Positions 1 to 9,802 of a DNA stretch of 64,000 bases are shown here, in pieces. Position 1 is the stretch's first letter. The number at the start of each line of letters is the position of its first letter. Under the pieces are notes generated by a model, which saw nothing but the letters and a program-made list of their open reading frames with translations, made no database searches and was not told where the DNA came from. The stretch is taken from positions 3,936,001 to 4,000,000 of the forward strand of contig OY761556.1 in assembly GCA_963664705.1 (NCBI GenBank). Direction: 5' to 3'. Origin of the DNA: Acidobacteriota bacterium. GTDB taxonomy: Bacteria; Acidobacteriota; UBA6911. The translations under genes were made by a program, and so were the position numbers.

Positions 1-13
1 CTGGACTGGAAAA

Positions 14-652
14 ATGCGCAAACGACACAGCTTGTTTCCAAGGTCACTGAACTGGACATTTTATGCTTTGCTGGTTGCTCTCATTCTATCGCTCCCGGCA
101 CAGTCTTTCGCCCAAGCCTCCGGCCAGGTACTTATGGGTGCGCTGGATGCGCCGGTACGGATCGAAGTCTTTTCCGACTTTGAGTGTCCTTCCTGCAGAG
201 AGCTATACCTGGATGTGATGCGACGGCTTATTGCAGATTACTCCAGCCAGAGCAAGGTATGCCTGATCTATCATGAATACCCGCTGCAGACACATCGATT
301 CTCTCGCCAGGCCGCTCTTTACGCGGAGGCCGTATCACGTCTTGGCCGTCAGAAACTGCTGATGGTCTACGATGTCCTCTTCATGGATCAAGCCCAGTGG
401 GCGCAGGACGGAAATCTCGAACGATCACTCTCAAAAGCTCTCAGCAAAACAGAGCTTTTAAAAGTTAAGAAAATGATGATGGACCCAAGCATCAATACCG
501 CGATCGAAAGGGAAATCCTGCTGGGGAAACAGCAAAAGCCGCCGATACAATCCACACCTACCTGGTTTGTATATGTGAAAGGCAAACAGCCGCAAAGAGT
601 TGAAGGGCGCATGGCGTATATTGGCCTAAAACAATTTATCGATCGAAACTGA
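14..652 (+). CDS. DsbA-like thioredoxin-fold protein
   Basis: Signal peptide; FSDFECPSC (CxxC) motif; cis-Pro loop STPT. Confidence 0.85.
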   Translation: MRKRHSLFPRSLNWTFYALLVALILSLPAQSFAQASGQVLMGALDAPVRIEVFSDFECPSCRELYLDVMRRLIADYSSQSKVCLIYHEYPLQTHRFSRQAALYAEAVSRLGRQKLLMVYDVLFMDQAQWAQDGNLERSLSKALSKTELLKVKKMMMDPSINTAIEREILLGKQQKPPIQSTPTWFVYVKGKQPQRVEGRMAYIGLKQFIDRN

Positions 653-653
653 A

Positions 654-1109
654 ATGAACCCGACGCTGAGAATAGTTCTTCATTGGCTGTGCAGAATCGC
701 ACTGGGAGTGGTTTTCATCTATAGCGGATACGTGAAGGTGCAGGCCACGCTCCAATTCGCCGTAGCCCTCACCGGCTACAAGCTTATCCCCGATCGGTTT
801 ATTTTTCCCATCGCCACATGGTTCCCATGGTTTGAAATCGCTTTGGGTCTCCTCATCCTGATTGGATGGAAGATACGGTGGTCCTCCGTAGCCGCTTCTG
901 CCCTCATGCTTTTTTTCATCGTGCTTTTATCCGTTACGCTGGCCCGCGGCATCGAGACCAACTGTGGATGCTTTGGATTTGGCGACCGGATCACCTGGAA
1001 GACAATTGCGCGGGACGGCTCGCTATTGATCCCGGCGCTGTTTCTGGTGGTGGAATCCCGATGGCATAAATTGATCCGGGAATCCCGTTTGAAGAACGCA
1101 ATGGAATAG
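654..1109 (+). CDS. MauE/DoxX family redox-associated membrane protein
   Basis: Hydrophobic helices; RGIETNCGCFG motif; starts immediately after the dsbA-like gene. Confidence 0.85.
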   Translation: MNPTLRIVLHWLCRIALGVVFIYSGYVKVQATLQFAVALTGYKLIPDRFIFPIATWFPWFEIALGLLILIGWKIRWSSVAASALMLFFIVLLSVTLARGIETNCGCFGFGDRITWKTIARDGSLLIPALFLVVESRWHKLIRESRLKNAME

Positions 1110-1130
1110 AAGGCGTTTAACGTCAGGCTG

Positions 1131-1163
1131 AAAAGCCCTGCCTTCTAGCGCAGGGCTTTTTTT
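1131..1163. terminator. Probable bidirectional intrinsic terminator
   Basis: AAAAGCCCTGC-loop-GCAGGGCTTTT stem with A and T tracts between convergent genes. Confidence 0.7.
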
Positions 1164-2557
1164 GTAAACCCTCCATCGCCATAAATAAACATATAGCGCT
1201 TCCCGTCTATCACGGTTTCCAGCACAACTTCCCCATGCCATAGCTGGCTCAGATAAACCAGCGTCTTTTCGGTATATTCCAGTTGCAGATCCCTGCCATC
1301 GTGATAATGCACCAGGTAAAGCGTATGGTTATGTCCAAAATCGGCATCATCCACTTTAATAACGGGCACGGCATTCATGCCGATGTTTTTCAGCAGAGCT
1401 TCCTTTACCTGTGTCCAGCCGGCTTTGTCCGCAATATTTTTGACGATTTTCAAATCACCTCGGCTCTCATACTCAAAGATCTTCAGTTCGCGCAGCAGCT
1501 CTTCGGTAAGATGACGCCGGAGAAAAGAAGAGTCCCGGTCCGATTCGCGGACTTCAAACAGCTTCGTATCCCCGGTTCGATCATCCGGATCATCTGAGCC
1601 GCCGCTGTTCCGGTGAATTGCTTGCCAGACCGCCAATCCGACATGATAGGGATTCAGCCCCATTTCAAAAGGTCGGACAACCTGATTGTGACGGACGATG
1701 AACTCGAGGTGGAGCGACTCCGGCAATCGCAGGCTATCCAGGATCCTTTTATGCCAGTATGTGGCCCAACCCTCATTCATGATCTTGGTTTCGATCTGCG
1801 GAATAAAGTACTGAGATTCCTCATGAACAATTGTAAGGATGTCTTTCTCCCACCGGGTCAGATGATGGTTGTTGTCCCGGATGAAGAGGAGCAGGTCTTC
1901 ATCCGGGACAGGAGGAGTTTTGTCCAGGTCGGGAATTGAGGATATCTTCCGACGATGGACCGACCGAAAAGGATCGGCGGGCGGAAAGGCCGATTCGGTC
2001 AGGACGGTTCGCTCTTCTTCCGGTGAACGTTTTCGTATTGCCAGATTTCGACGGCACTGCAACGCAATGGCGTGAGCCGCGTCGAGCAGTTTTTCAACAT
2101 TCTCGAGCCCTATGCTCGGATCCTCAACATAGTGACGGACGCGATCTCCATGCGCTTTAAATGCATCGATCGTGTATTCAGCCCGTGTGCTCCGGTACGT
2201 GAAGTTGTTTTTGAAAAAGTCGTTGTGGCCGTACACGTGGGCCATTGTCAGAATTTGAAGAAGCAGGGTATTGTCCAGCATCAGGTAAGCAAGGGCCGGA
2301 TTCGAGTTGATCACCATTTCATACGGAAGCCCGGAAACCCCATAATCATAGAGAGTTTTTTGTTTCTCATAGGTTTTGCCGTAGGACCAATGCGGGTAAT
2401 GGGAAGGTACGCCCGAATAGGCGATGGCGGATAGCATCTGTTTGTGATCGCATATCTCGAATTGCTGCGGATAGCAGTCCAATCCAAACTCCCGCACTTT
2501 ATCCTGTATCCGGGAGTCCCAGGCTTCGAGATCCTCAATGCTGTATATGTGGCTCAT
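1145..2557 (-). CDS. spoVR: SpoVR family protein
   Basis: YPHWSYGK, YEMVINSNP, AHVYGHNDFFKNN and TKIMNEGWA motifs; third gene of the prkA-yeaH-spoVR operon. Confidence 0.93.
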   Translation of the reverse strand: MSHIYSIEDLEAWDSRIQDKVREFGLDCYPQQFEICDHKQMLSAIAYSGVPSHYPHWSYGKTYEKQKTLYDYGVSGLPYEMVINSNPALAYLMLDNTLLLQILTMAHVYGHNDFFKNNFTYRSTRAEYTIDAFKAHGDRVRHYVEDPSIGLENVEKLLDAAHAIALQCRRNLAIRKRSPEEERTVLTESAFPPADPFRSVHRRKISSIPDLDKTPPVPDEDLLLFIRDNNHHLTRWEKDILTIVHEESQYFIPQIETKIMNEGWATYWHKRILDSLRLPESLHLEFIVRHNQVVRPFEMGLNPYHVGLAVWQAIHRNSGGSDDPDDRTGDTKLFEVRESDRDSSFLRRHLTEELLRELKIFEYESRGDLKIVKNIADKAGWTQVKEALLKNIGMNAVPVIKVDDADFGHNHTLYLVHYHDGRDLQLEYTEKTLVYLSQLWHGEVVLETVIDGKRYMFIYGDGGFTKKALR

Positions 2558-2568
2558 CCTGTTCTTTC

Positions 2569-3780
2569 CTAGGCGTTCATCCGGTCAGCCGAATCGCGGT
2601 CCTTTGACAGGAAGGTTCTGAACGACGGATAGACGTCCTCTTTTCGTTCAATCCGGATTGTGAGGAAATTGGGAGCCTGCAGCCTTCGGAACACGGTCAT
2701 CATCGAGCTTTCACTCGAATAGGAAAAATGTCCGTATGGCTTAATCTCCCCATACCCAAACAGATTGCACACTTCGCACAACTCCCGCGCGCGGCGCAGA
2801 GCAGTTTCATTGTCCGCTTCAAAGTTATCGCCATCGGAACAGTGAAACGCATAAATGTTCCAAAGCGAGGGATGATATCGGGCGGCCACTATCTCCAGCG
2901 CTCGCTCATACGCAGAAGAAATCAACGTTCCTCCGGCCTCTCCTTTGCTGAAGAACTCTTCTTCCGTCACCTCGCTTGCCTGCGCATGATGCGCAATGAA
3001 TACCACCTCCACATTCCGATACCTGGTCCCGACAAACTGGCACAATAGAAAGAAAAAGCTGCGGGCAAGATACTTCTTCATTGTATCCATGGAACCGGAG
3101 GTATCCATGAGGCAGAACACAACCGCATTCGATTCCTTTCGAATGTCGGCGCTTACATGGCGGTACACCAGGTCGTCTTCGTGAAAGGGAAAACGCTCAT
3201 TCGCTTCGCCAATGTCTCTGTCGGTGGATTTCTGTGCAGCAAATCGACGGCGGATCTTCTCCTTGACAGTTCTCCTTTTATCCAGTCGAACACGGATTCC
3301 GACCGATCGATAGCCCTTGCGACGCGTCTGCCGCTCCGATTCAATTTCGCGCAGTTTTTTTCGCTCGAGATCAGGCAATTCGAGATCCTCGAACATGATA
3401 TTTATCAGTTCATCGAGCGTGACGTCGGTTTCGTAGTAATCGATGCCCGGCTGGTTCCCAGCCTTTCCATCTCTCGCCGGATCCGCGCTATCCTCAATAA
3501 TGTCCCCCGGCTCCAGATCGCCTCTGCCTTGAGCGACTCCGGTCGAATTTTCTCCGTAGACGAATCGATATTCCTTGATGCCTCGTATCGGAACTTTGAT
3601 GATCCGATCCCGTTCTCTGCCGATGATCGACTCCTCCGCAATGATATCGGCTATATTCTCCCGGATAGATTGCCGGACCTTTTCGCGATGACGCATTCGG
3701 TCGCCGGCTGAGCGATCACTGTGCTCCGCATCTGAAGCACGGTATGGACGAAATATCGTTTCCCACATAATCAAACCCAA
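2569..3780 (-). CDS. yeaH: YeaH/YhbH (DUF444) family protein
   Basis: VWA-like MDTSGSM, GGTLISSAY and HCSDGDNF motifs; operon context. Confidence 0.9.
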   Translation of the reverse strand: MGLIMWETIFRPYRASDAEHSDRSAGDRMRHREKVRQSIRENIADIIAEESIIGRERDRIIKVPIRGIKEYRFVYGENSTGVAQGRGDLEPGDIIEDSADPARDGKAGNQPGIDYYETDVTLDELINIMFEDLELPDLERKKLREIESERQTRRKGYRSVGIRVRLDKRRTVKEKIRRRFAAQKSTDRDIGEANERFPFHEDDLVYRHVSADIRKESNAVVFCLMDTSGSMDTMKKYLARSFFFLLCQFVGTRYRNVEVVFIAHHAQASEVTEEEFFSKGEAGGTLISSAYERALEIVAARYHPSLWNIYAFHCSDGDNFEADNETALRRARELCEVCNLFGYGEIKPYGHFSYSSESSMMTVFRRLQAPNFLTIRIERKEDVYPSFRTFLSKDRDSADRMNA

Positions 3781-3789
3781 TAGCCGCGC

Positions 3790-5727
3790 CTAGTCCTTCC
3801 ACAGGTTGTTGGCCGCATACTTGAGCACTACATCCACGCAATTCTCACAGTATCCATTGGAAAGAAGGTTCTCGACCATTACGTTGTATTTCTCCGTCTG
3901 GCTTTCGTCCCTGGTGCGCGCTTTCGTAACAATGCGGCTGATATCCCGCACCGAGGTCATAAGCTTTTTCTCGATCGCTTCTTTCAGCGGCTCATAGCTC
4001 TGATAGCTGACCTTCACCCCTCTGCGGCTTGATGCCCAAAGATAGGCAATGACTTCCTGACGAAAACCATCCGCTGCAGATCCGATAATGGCAATCTGCT
4101 CCTCAATAGACTTCAGGAAGCTTTCATCCGGCTGGAGCTCTTCCTTGGTATTCGGATCCTTCACCTTTGTCTTGTTGACATAGGCTTCGGCATGATCCAG
4201 GTAATTCTGAAACAACGATTCCGCCTGTTCCTGGTACGAGTAAACAAAAGCCCTCGTAATTTCGCCCTCAAGGATCTCCAGGTATTCTTTGTGCAGAACA
4301 TCCTGCAGGAAATCCAGGTATTGCTTTCGCGTGTCATCCGGCAGGTCTTCTTCCTTGGTCCTCATAATGAGGGCTTCCCGCACACTGATTGGATTGATGC
4401 AGTTTCCCTTGATATTGTCGGACAGGGCGTCATCCAGTGCCTTCATGATAAACCTGGTGGAAATGCCATTCATGCCCTCGCTCTTGGCATCATCCCGCAG
4501 CTCATGGATATCAATTTTTTTCGTTCTTCCCTTTTCGACTACCTCTTCCCCGTTATAAAGCTTGAGTTTCGTCATGAGATCGCACTTCGCGGTTGGAGTG
4601 AGCCTGGAAAGAATGGCAAACATCGAAGCAATCTCCAGGGTATGGGGAGCGATGTGTGCCCTAAAATCCGAGTTGTGCAGGATTTTCTGGTAAATCTTCA
4701 CCTCCTCGGAAAGGCGGAGATTATAGGGAACCTTGACGACAACAATGCGGTCGAGAATGGCTTCATTCGTATGATCCGATTTGAACTTTTGCCACTCCGC
4801 TTCGTTGGAGTGCGCCATAATCACGGTATCGACATACACCATGCCATGACGCCCGGGAGCCGGAATGACTTTCTCCTGCGTTGCGGTGATCATGGCATGG
4901 AGGTATTCGGTTTCATTCTTGAATACCTCGATAAACTCCACCATTCCCCGGTTTCCCACATTGAGGGCACCATTCAGATCAAGCACTCGGGGATCCCCTT
5001 CCGAGTACTTATCCAGTTTCGATATATCCTCGCTCCCGATAAGCACAGAGGTATCCTGGTTGTTGGGATCCACTGGAGGAACAACCCCTAACCCCACGCG
5101 GTTTCTCTTTGAAAACGATTTGGCCACGACCGGAACTTCCTCATAGCGCTCTCCATATTGATCCTTTAGCCTGAACCGACAGACCGGGCAAAGGTCTCCT
5201 TCGATTTTGACGCCAAGCATTTTTTCGAATTCTTTCCGGAGATGACGCGGCAGCAGATGCAGAGGATCCTCGGACATCGGGCAATCCTCGATAGCGTAAA
5301 ATGGCCCACTTTCCTCCAGACCCCGCTGCAGTTTTTCTACCAGCGAACTCTTACCGGACCCGACGGGCCCCATGAGGTACAGGACTTGCCGACTCTCCTC
5401 CCCCTTCAGCGACGCGGAATGGAAATACCTCGCAATTTTCGCAACCACTTTTTCAATTCCGAAGAACTGGTCAGAGAAAAACCGGTAGACTTTCAGAGGC
5501 TCATCTTTAAAAAGCCTTTGGACGTGGGGATTGTCAGACTCGTGGATATCCGCAACACCGGCAGCGAGGATAACATCATATATTCTGGAATGTGCAAGCT
5601 TGGCCAGCCCAGGATCCTTTTTGACCAATTCAAGGTACTCGATAAACTTACCTTTCCAGTGCCGGCTCTCCCGGCTGGATCGATCCTCACGGATCATCTG
5701 TTGAAACATGGATTCGCGTTCTTCCAT
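3790..5727 (-). CDS. prkA: PrkA/YeaG AAA+ serine protein kinase
   Basis: Walker A GPVGSGKS; ANRG-like VGNRGMVEFIE; EGMNGISTRF. Confidence 0.93.
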   Translation of the reverse strand: MEERESMFQQMIREDRSSRESRHWKGKFIEYLELVKKDPGLAKLAHSRIYDVILAAGVADIHESDNPHVQRLFKDEPLKVYRFFSDQFFGIEKVVAKIARYFHSASLKGEESRQVLYLMGPVGSGKSSLVEKLQRGLEESGPFYAIEDCPMSEDPLHLLPRHLRKEFEKMLGVKIEGDLCPVCRFRLKDQYGERYEEVPVVAKSFSKRNRVGLGVVPPVDPNNQDTSVLIGSEDISKLDKYSEGDPRVLDLNGALNVGNRGMVEFIEVFKNETEYLHAMITATQEKVIPAPGRHGMVYVDTVIMAHSNEAEWQKFKSDHTNEAILDRIVVVKVPYNLRLSEEVKIYQKILHNSDFRAHIAPHTLEIASMFAILSRLTPTAKCDLMTKLKLYNGEEVVEKGRTKKIDIHELRDDAKSEGMNGISTRFIMKALDDALSDNIKGNCINPISVREALIMRTKEEDLPDDTRKQYLDFLQDVLHKEYLEILEGEITRAFVYSYQEQAESLFQNYLDHAEAYVNKTKVKDPNTKEELQPDESFLKSIEEQIAIIGSAADGFRQEVIAYLWASSRRGVKVSYQSYEPLKEAIEKKLMTSVRDISRIVTKARTRDESQTEKYNVMVENLLSNGYCENCVDVVLKYAANNLWKD

Positions 5728-6204
5728 CCCGAGCTCCTTCTATATTGAAATTCAGTATCATGCTACCTTATAAGATGCGGCCATCCCCCTCCTTGTTTCG
5801 TTCTTTCCAAAATGGAATTCGTGTGCAGACGCTGAATGGAGGCTCTAGGATGCTGTCGCCCGGCAACCAGGATAAATCCTAATAACTCAACAAATTAAAT
5901 TAGTTACAGATTCATTGACGGCGCGGTGTTTTCATAGAGACCGGAAAGCTTCCGGACTTCACCAAACGCGAAAAATGCTGCCTGAATGGGGAATACATGG
6001 AAAAACAATGGAATGGAGTTAATTCTGGTCCTGTCCCGACCGATTGAACTGGGATCTTTATGGCTAAGGTGTTCTGTTCGTAATTGCCGAATCAAGAAGG
6101 CTATTGCAGCCCAGGCGAAGTGAGGATCAATACCGGCAGGATATCCCAATAGAAACAGAGATAGCCTTCCACGATGGGCTATCCCGGTGCTTCAACGGTC
6201 AGTA

Positions 6205-6492
6205 TTAGTTCTGCCCTGAATTGGCGGATTGAGGAGGTTGGTTGCCTGCGACCGCTCGCTCGACCTCGATGGTGCAATCCTTCAACAGCGCAACCAAAGC
6301 CCCAATTGCGGCCAGAACCGGCGCGATCAAGGTACCCACAACTCCGGCGGTCAAAGGAAACTCGGCGACAACGTTGTCTCCCTGCTTGATAACCACCCGT
6401 CGTGCGTTGCCTTCGTGGATGATCTGCTTCAGCTTATCCAGTAATTCGCTTCCCTGAAGCCTTATGGTCTCCCAGATTGTACGTTCCTGCAC
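6205..6492 (-). CDS. DUF4342 domain protein
   Basis: IIHEGNARRVVIK...EFPLTAGVVG...CTIEVER pattern. Confidence 0.8.
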   Translation of the reverse strand: MQERTIWETIRLQGSELLDKLKQIIHEGNARRVVIKQGDNVVAEFPLTAGVVGTLIAPVLAAIGALVALLKDCTIEVERAVAGNQPPQSANSGQN

Positions 6493-6545
6493 AATTCTGC
6501 TCCCTAGCCTGCGGGCTCAAATAGCGAAATCAATGCATTAAATCC

Positions 6546-6845
6546 TTACCGCTTGGATCGGGCCTGGGCGGTACGGACTTTGCGCGCGGTTCCCCTGTGC
6601 TTCAAGGGTTCCCATCGACGCCGGATATTTTCGCGCCCCATCTCTTTCAATCTGCGAGCGCCCTTGGATAAACCAAGTCTGTGGCCTTTGAATACGACCG
6701 AGGATACCTTTCGCCCGAGGATTCCGGCTATTTCCGCATTGCTGTGAGTGCGATAGAGCCGTTTAAGAAGAGATACCTCTTCCTTTGTCCAACGGGGACG
6801 TACCCTGTGACTTTTAGCCTTACTGTTTTTTGTAATTCGAGGCAA
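6546..6845 (-). CDS. Small basic Myb/GcrA-like helix-turn-helix protein
   Basis: RWTKEEVSLLKRLY...NAEIAGILGRKVSSVVFKGHRLGL; TTG start at 6845 has AAGGAG 7 nt upstream. Confidence 0.65.
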   Translation of the reverse strand: MPRITKNSKAKSHRVRPRWTKEEVSLLKRLYRTHSNAEIAGILGRKVSSVVFKGHRLGLSKGARRLKEMGRENIRRRWEPLKHRGTARKVRTAQARSKR

Positions 6846-6990
6846 TTCCCAACTCCTTATAATGCGAAATTTCATCAGTCCTTACGTAGGAACTTGCTTT
6901 TTATAGCGTAGTCTTTTTGCAACTGTATTTCAATGACCAATTTGCGTTATATTCCATCCTGCGGAATTTGCTAGAGGATGTGTATAACAC

Positions 6991-8052
6991 ATGTATGACA
7001 AAAAAACCATATCACATTTTCGCCGGAAACTACTGAATTGGTATCGGTTATACCATCGAGATCTTCCATGGCGCAAAAGCACCAATCCCTACTGGGTTTG
7101 GATTTCAGAAATCATGCTGCAACAGACGCAGGTACGCACGGTCCTGCCCTATTATGAGCGTTTTCTTAATCGTTTCCCTGATGTCGAATCACTAGCGGTA
7201 GCCGAGGAAGCAGAAGTCCTTCAGCTGTGGTCAGGACTCGGCTATTACAGCCGCGCAAAAAATATACTGAAAGCCGCCCGGAAGATTAGGGACACTTATG
7301 GGCATTTCCCTGAAGATTTCAGCCAGGTCATGGCTCTGCCCGGCATTGGAAGATATACGGCGGGGGCCATTTGCTCCATTGCCTTTAACCAACCCTTGCC
7401 GATCGTGGACGGAAATATCCGGCGCGTACTGACACGGTTGCATGGGATCACCGGGAAAGTCGCGGAAAGGCACTTCTGGGATACCATGTCCGAACTGGTC
7501 CCTCACTCAAACCCATCCAGTTTCAACCAGGCAATGATGGAGCTTGGCGCCTTGGTCTGCACCCCCAGTCAACCAGGGTGTTCGGATTGCCCGGTCCTGG
7601 CCTTTTGCAGGGCAAGGGAAATGGGAATTCAGACAAGCGTTCCGGGAGTTTGGAAAAACCAGAAAAGCAGAAAAGTGACAATTGTCCTGGTCGTTCTGGA
7701 ATGGGCAGGAAAGATACTCGTTTCGGCGGCGAGCAAAGATCGCCTGATTCCAGGATCATGGGCTATTCCCTGGCAAAGGCTGGGCAAGGCTGAGGTGGCA
7801 GAAATTGCTGCGTTGAGTATATGCGAAGGAATTGTTGGAGCGGCGGTCCCGCTTCGGCCTCTCCGTTCGTTGCGGCACAGCATCACAACCAACCAAATCA
7901 CCGGTCTAGTCTATTCGGGCGTAATCCACGCCTCCGATTTGGGGACAATGCTATCTTCCCCAGATACTTATCGCTGGGTGGCAAAATCTGAGGCTCTGAA
8001 ACTATTGACCTCTTCTCTTTTTCACAAAGCCCTGAAAACAGATGACATGTAA
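6991..8052 (+). CDS. mutY: A/G-specific adenine glycosylase
   Basis: SEIMLQQT, WSGLGYYSRA, HhH LPGIGRYTA, VDGN and a 4-Cys Fe-S motif. Confidence 0.95.
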   Translation: MYDKKTISHFRRKLLNWYRLYHRDLPWRKSTNPYWVWISEIMLQQTQVRTVLPYYERFLNRFPDVESLAVAEEAEVLQLWSGLGYYSRAKNILKAARKIRDTYGHFPEDFSQVMALPGIGRYTAGAICSIAFNQPLPIVDGNIRRVLTRLHGITGKVAERHFWDTMSELVPHSNPSSFNQAMMELGALVCTPSQPGCSDCPVLAFCRAREMGIQTSVPGVWKNQKSRKVTIVLVVLEWAGKILVSAASKDRLIPGSWAIPWQRLGKAEVAEIAALSICEGIVGAAVPLRPLRSLRHSITTNQITGLVYSGVIHASDLGTMLSSPDTYRWVAKSEALKLLTSSLFHKALKTDDM

Positions 8053-8099
8053 AAGGATCCGCCCGTCCGTTTCCCCAATGGGAAGACCCCGCAAAACGT

Positions 8100-8594
8100 T
8101 TAGTGCTGCTGCGGAGGCGGTGGAGGCATTCCCATCCCCCTGCCACCATCCCTGCCGCCATCCCTGCCGCCAAAGGGGGAGTGTCGCAGTCTTGAGTTCA
8201 TTTCCTTCCAAAGCCCCTCGAATTTCTTCTGCTGCTCCGGGTTGAGAACCGCCATCAATTTTTTGTTGGTTTCGGTGAATATGGCCTCAATCTTCGGCTG
8301 TTGAGCGGAAAATATCCCCTCGATTTTAGGCCGATCCTGCGCCCGAATGTCGTCCATCTGCTTCCGAGACTCTGCCATAATCCTTCCGAATTCCGCCTCC
8401 TGATCGGGCGTCAGCTCCAGCAGTTCTTTCATTCTCTGCCGGCCCTGCGGCGGTCCCGGAGGATAATTCTGGCTGAACCTCTTATCCGCGCCTCTTGAAT
8501 GACTCAATCCGAGGTACATGCCTCCGGCTCCCATCACGCACCCCAACAAAAAAACGGCAATCAGGACAGCCAGCGCTCGAGGGCGGTTGGTCAT
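8100..8594 (-). CDS. Membrane-anchored Spy/CpxP-like periplasmic protein
   Basis: N-terminal TM helix; LELTPDQ and LNPEQQKKF (LTxxQ) motifs; third gene of the ECF operon. Confidence 0.7.
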   Translation of the reverse strand: MTNRPRALAVLIAVFLLGCVMGAGGMYLGLSHSRGADKRFSQNYPPGPPQGRQRMKELLELTPDQEAEFGRIMAESRKQMDDIRAQDRPKIEGIFSAQQPKIEAIFTETNKKLMAVLNPEQQKKFEGLWKEMNSRLRHSPFGGRDGGRDGGRGMGMPPPPPQQH

Positions 8595-9055
8595 TGTGAA
8601 GCTCCCTCCTGTTCAAGCCAGAGGATAAGATCGTTTTCGCTATGAGCCTTCGACAGCGTGCTTTGGGAAAGAGCCTGGATATGTCCGGCATCCGCCTCTT
8701 CCATCAGAGTCTCGTATTCGTTGTAGGCACTCACAGGCCGGCTTCCCGTCATGAGCCATAGGGATGAAAGGAACACCCCGACCAGCAAAAGAGCCGCCAA
8801 TGCAGGCACCGGGCGAAGCCAGGAAATAACGTCGGAAGCCCAGCTGGTTTCAGGCTGAAACGCTTTGCGGGCAATCTGGTCCGCAAGATTCAACGGCCGA
8901 ATTTCCTCGCTCTTTAGAAGAGCAACGACGTTATTGAGCAGCAGGTTCCTGGCCCGGCATTCCTCACAACCATCAAGATGCAATTCGAACTGCTTCCGAT
9001 CATTGGAACCCAGTTCATTATCCCGATATCTATCAAACAGTTCACAAATGCTCAT
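8591..9055 (-). CDS. Zinc-binding (zf-HC2/ZAS) anti-sigma factor
   Basis: HLDGCEEC (HxxxCxxC) plus one TM helix; ATG at 9055 directly follows the sigma gene. Confidence 0.85.
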   Translation of the reverse strand: MSICELFDRYRDNELGSNDRKQFELHLDGCEECRARNLLLNNVVALLKSEEIRPLNLADQIARKAFQPETSWASDVISWLRPVPALAALLLVGVFLSSLWLMTGSRPVSAYNEYETLMEEADAGHIQALSQSTLSKAHSENDLILWLEQEGASQ

Positions 9056-9059
9056 ATTT

Positions 9060-9668
9060 TTATGTTCGCTCCTTTCTCTTATTGCCCGAAAGATAGGCGC
9101 GAAACTTTTTTTGCAGTTCAACTCTAGCTCTGGAAACACGTACCCTGGCCGCCACCTCGGATGTGCCCAACATTGCCGCCACCTCTTCGTAAGGCCTATC
9201 CTCTACTTCCCTCAATACAAATGCGGCTTTGTATTTGGGATTCAGCCCCTCCAGCAGATGCTGGGCAACCTGCGCATATTTATCGCTGCCCTCCATGCTG
9301 GATGCCCCCCAATCCCCTTCGTTGGAAAGGTCTTTGAGCAACCGCTCCTGATCGAACTCGCTAAGTTCCGACCAAAGCTGGGTTTTCCGGCCTTTTCTCC
9401 GCCGAAGTTGATCGATGCAGTGGTTTGTTGCGATGCGTAAGACCCAGGGGCCGAAGGGCAGCTTGAGGTCGAATTTGCGAAGCGCATTGAAGGCTCGAAG
9501 GAAAACCTCCTGGACGGCATCCTCGTTTTCCGACGAGTTGCCCAATATCCTGTGGACGGTTCCCCACACAGCCGCCTGGTATCGACGCACCAACTCGGCA
9601 AAAGCTCCTTGATCCCCTTTGAGCGTGCTCTCGATCAGGTCCGAATCTGCCGAATCCACCATGCTCAT
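9060..9668 (-). CDS. ECF RNA polymerase sigma factor
   Basis: Region 2 EDAVQEVFLRAF...WVLRIATNHCID; region 4 YEEVAAMLG...VRVSRAR. Confidence 0.93.
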   Translation of the reverse strand: MSMVDSADSDLIESTLKGDQGAFAELVRRYQAAVWGTVHRILGNSSENEDAVQEVFLRAFNALRKFDLKLPFGPWVLRIATNHCIDQLRRRKGRKTQLWSELSEFDQERLLKDLSNEGDWGASSMEGSDKYAQVAQHLLEGLNPKYKAAFVLREVEDRPYEEVAAMLGTSEVAARVRVSRARVELQKKFRAYLSGNKRKERT

Positions 9669-9675
9669 TAATCAG

Positions 9676-9701
9676 TTACGGGAGGAGGCCAAGTTGTTAC
9701 A
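9676..9701 (-). promoter_or_regulatory. Putative autoregulatory ECF promoter
   Basis: TGTAAC-N15-CGTAA ending 7 nt before the sigma ATG. Confidence 0.55.
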
Positions 9702-9802
9702 GAAAACTCTTATGAGAAAAGATCCACAACGCCCCAACCGTCCTTTCCCTGATCCATGCTAATGGAAGCAAGTACCTTGCCGCTGGGACTTAATCTAACA
9801 TG

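Noticed and set aside
4192-5091. 299-aa plus-strand ORF
   Set aside because: Antisense shadow of prkA
5750-6200. ncRNA or small gene in the long intergenic region
   Set aside because: No recognisable RNA motif; the 81-aa ORF lacks supporting features
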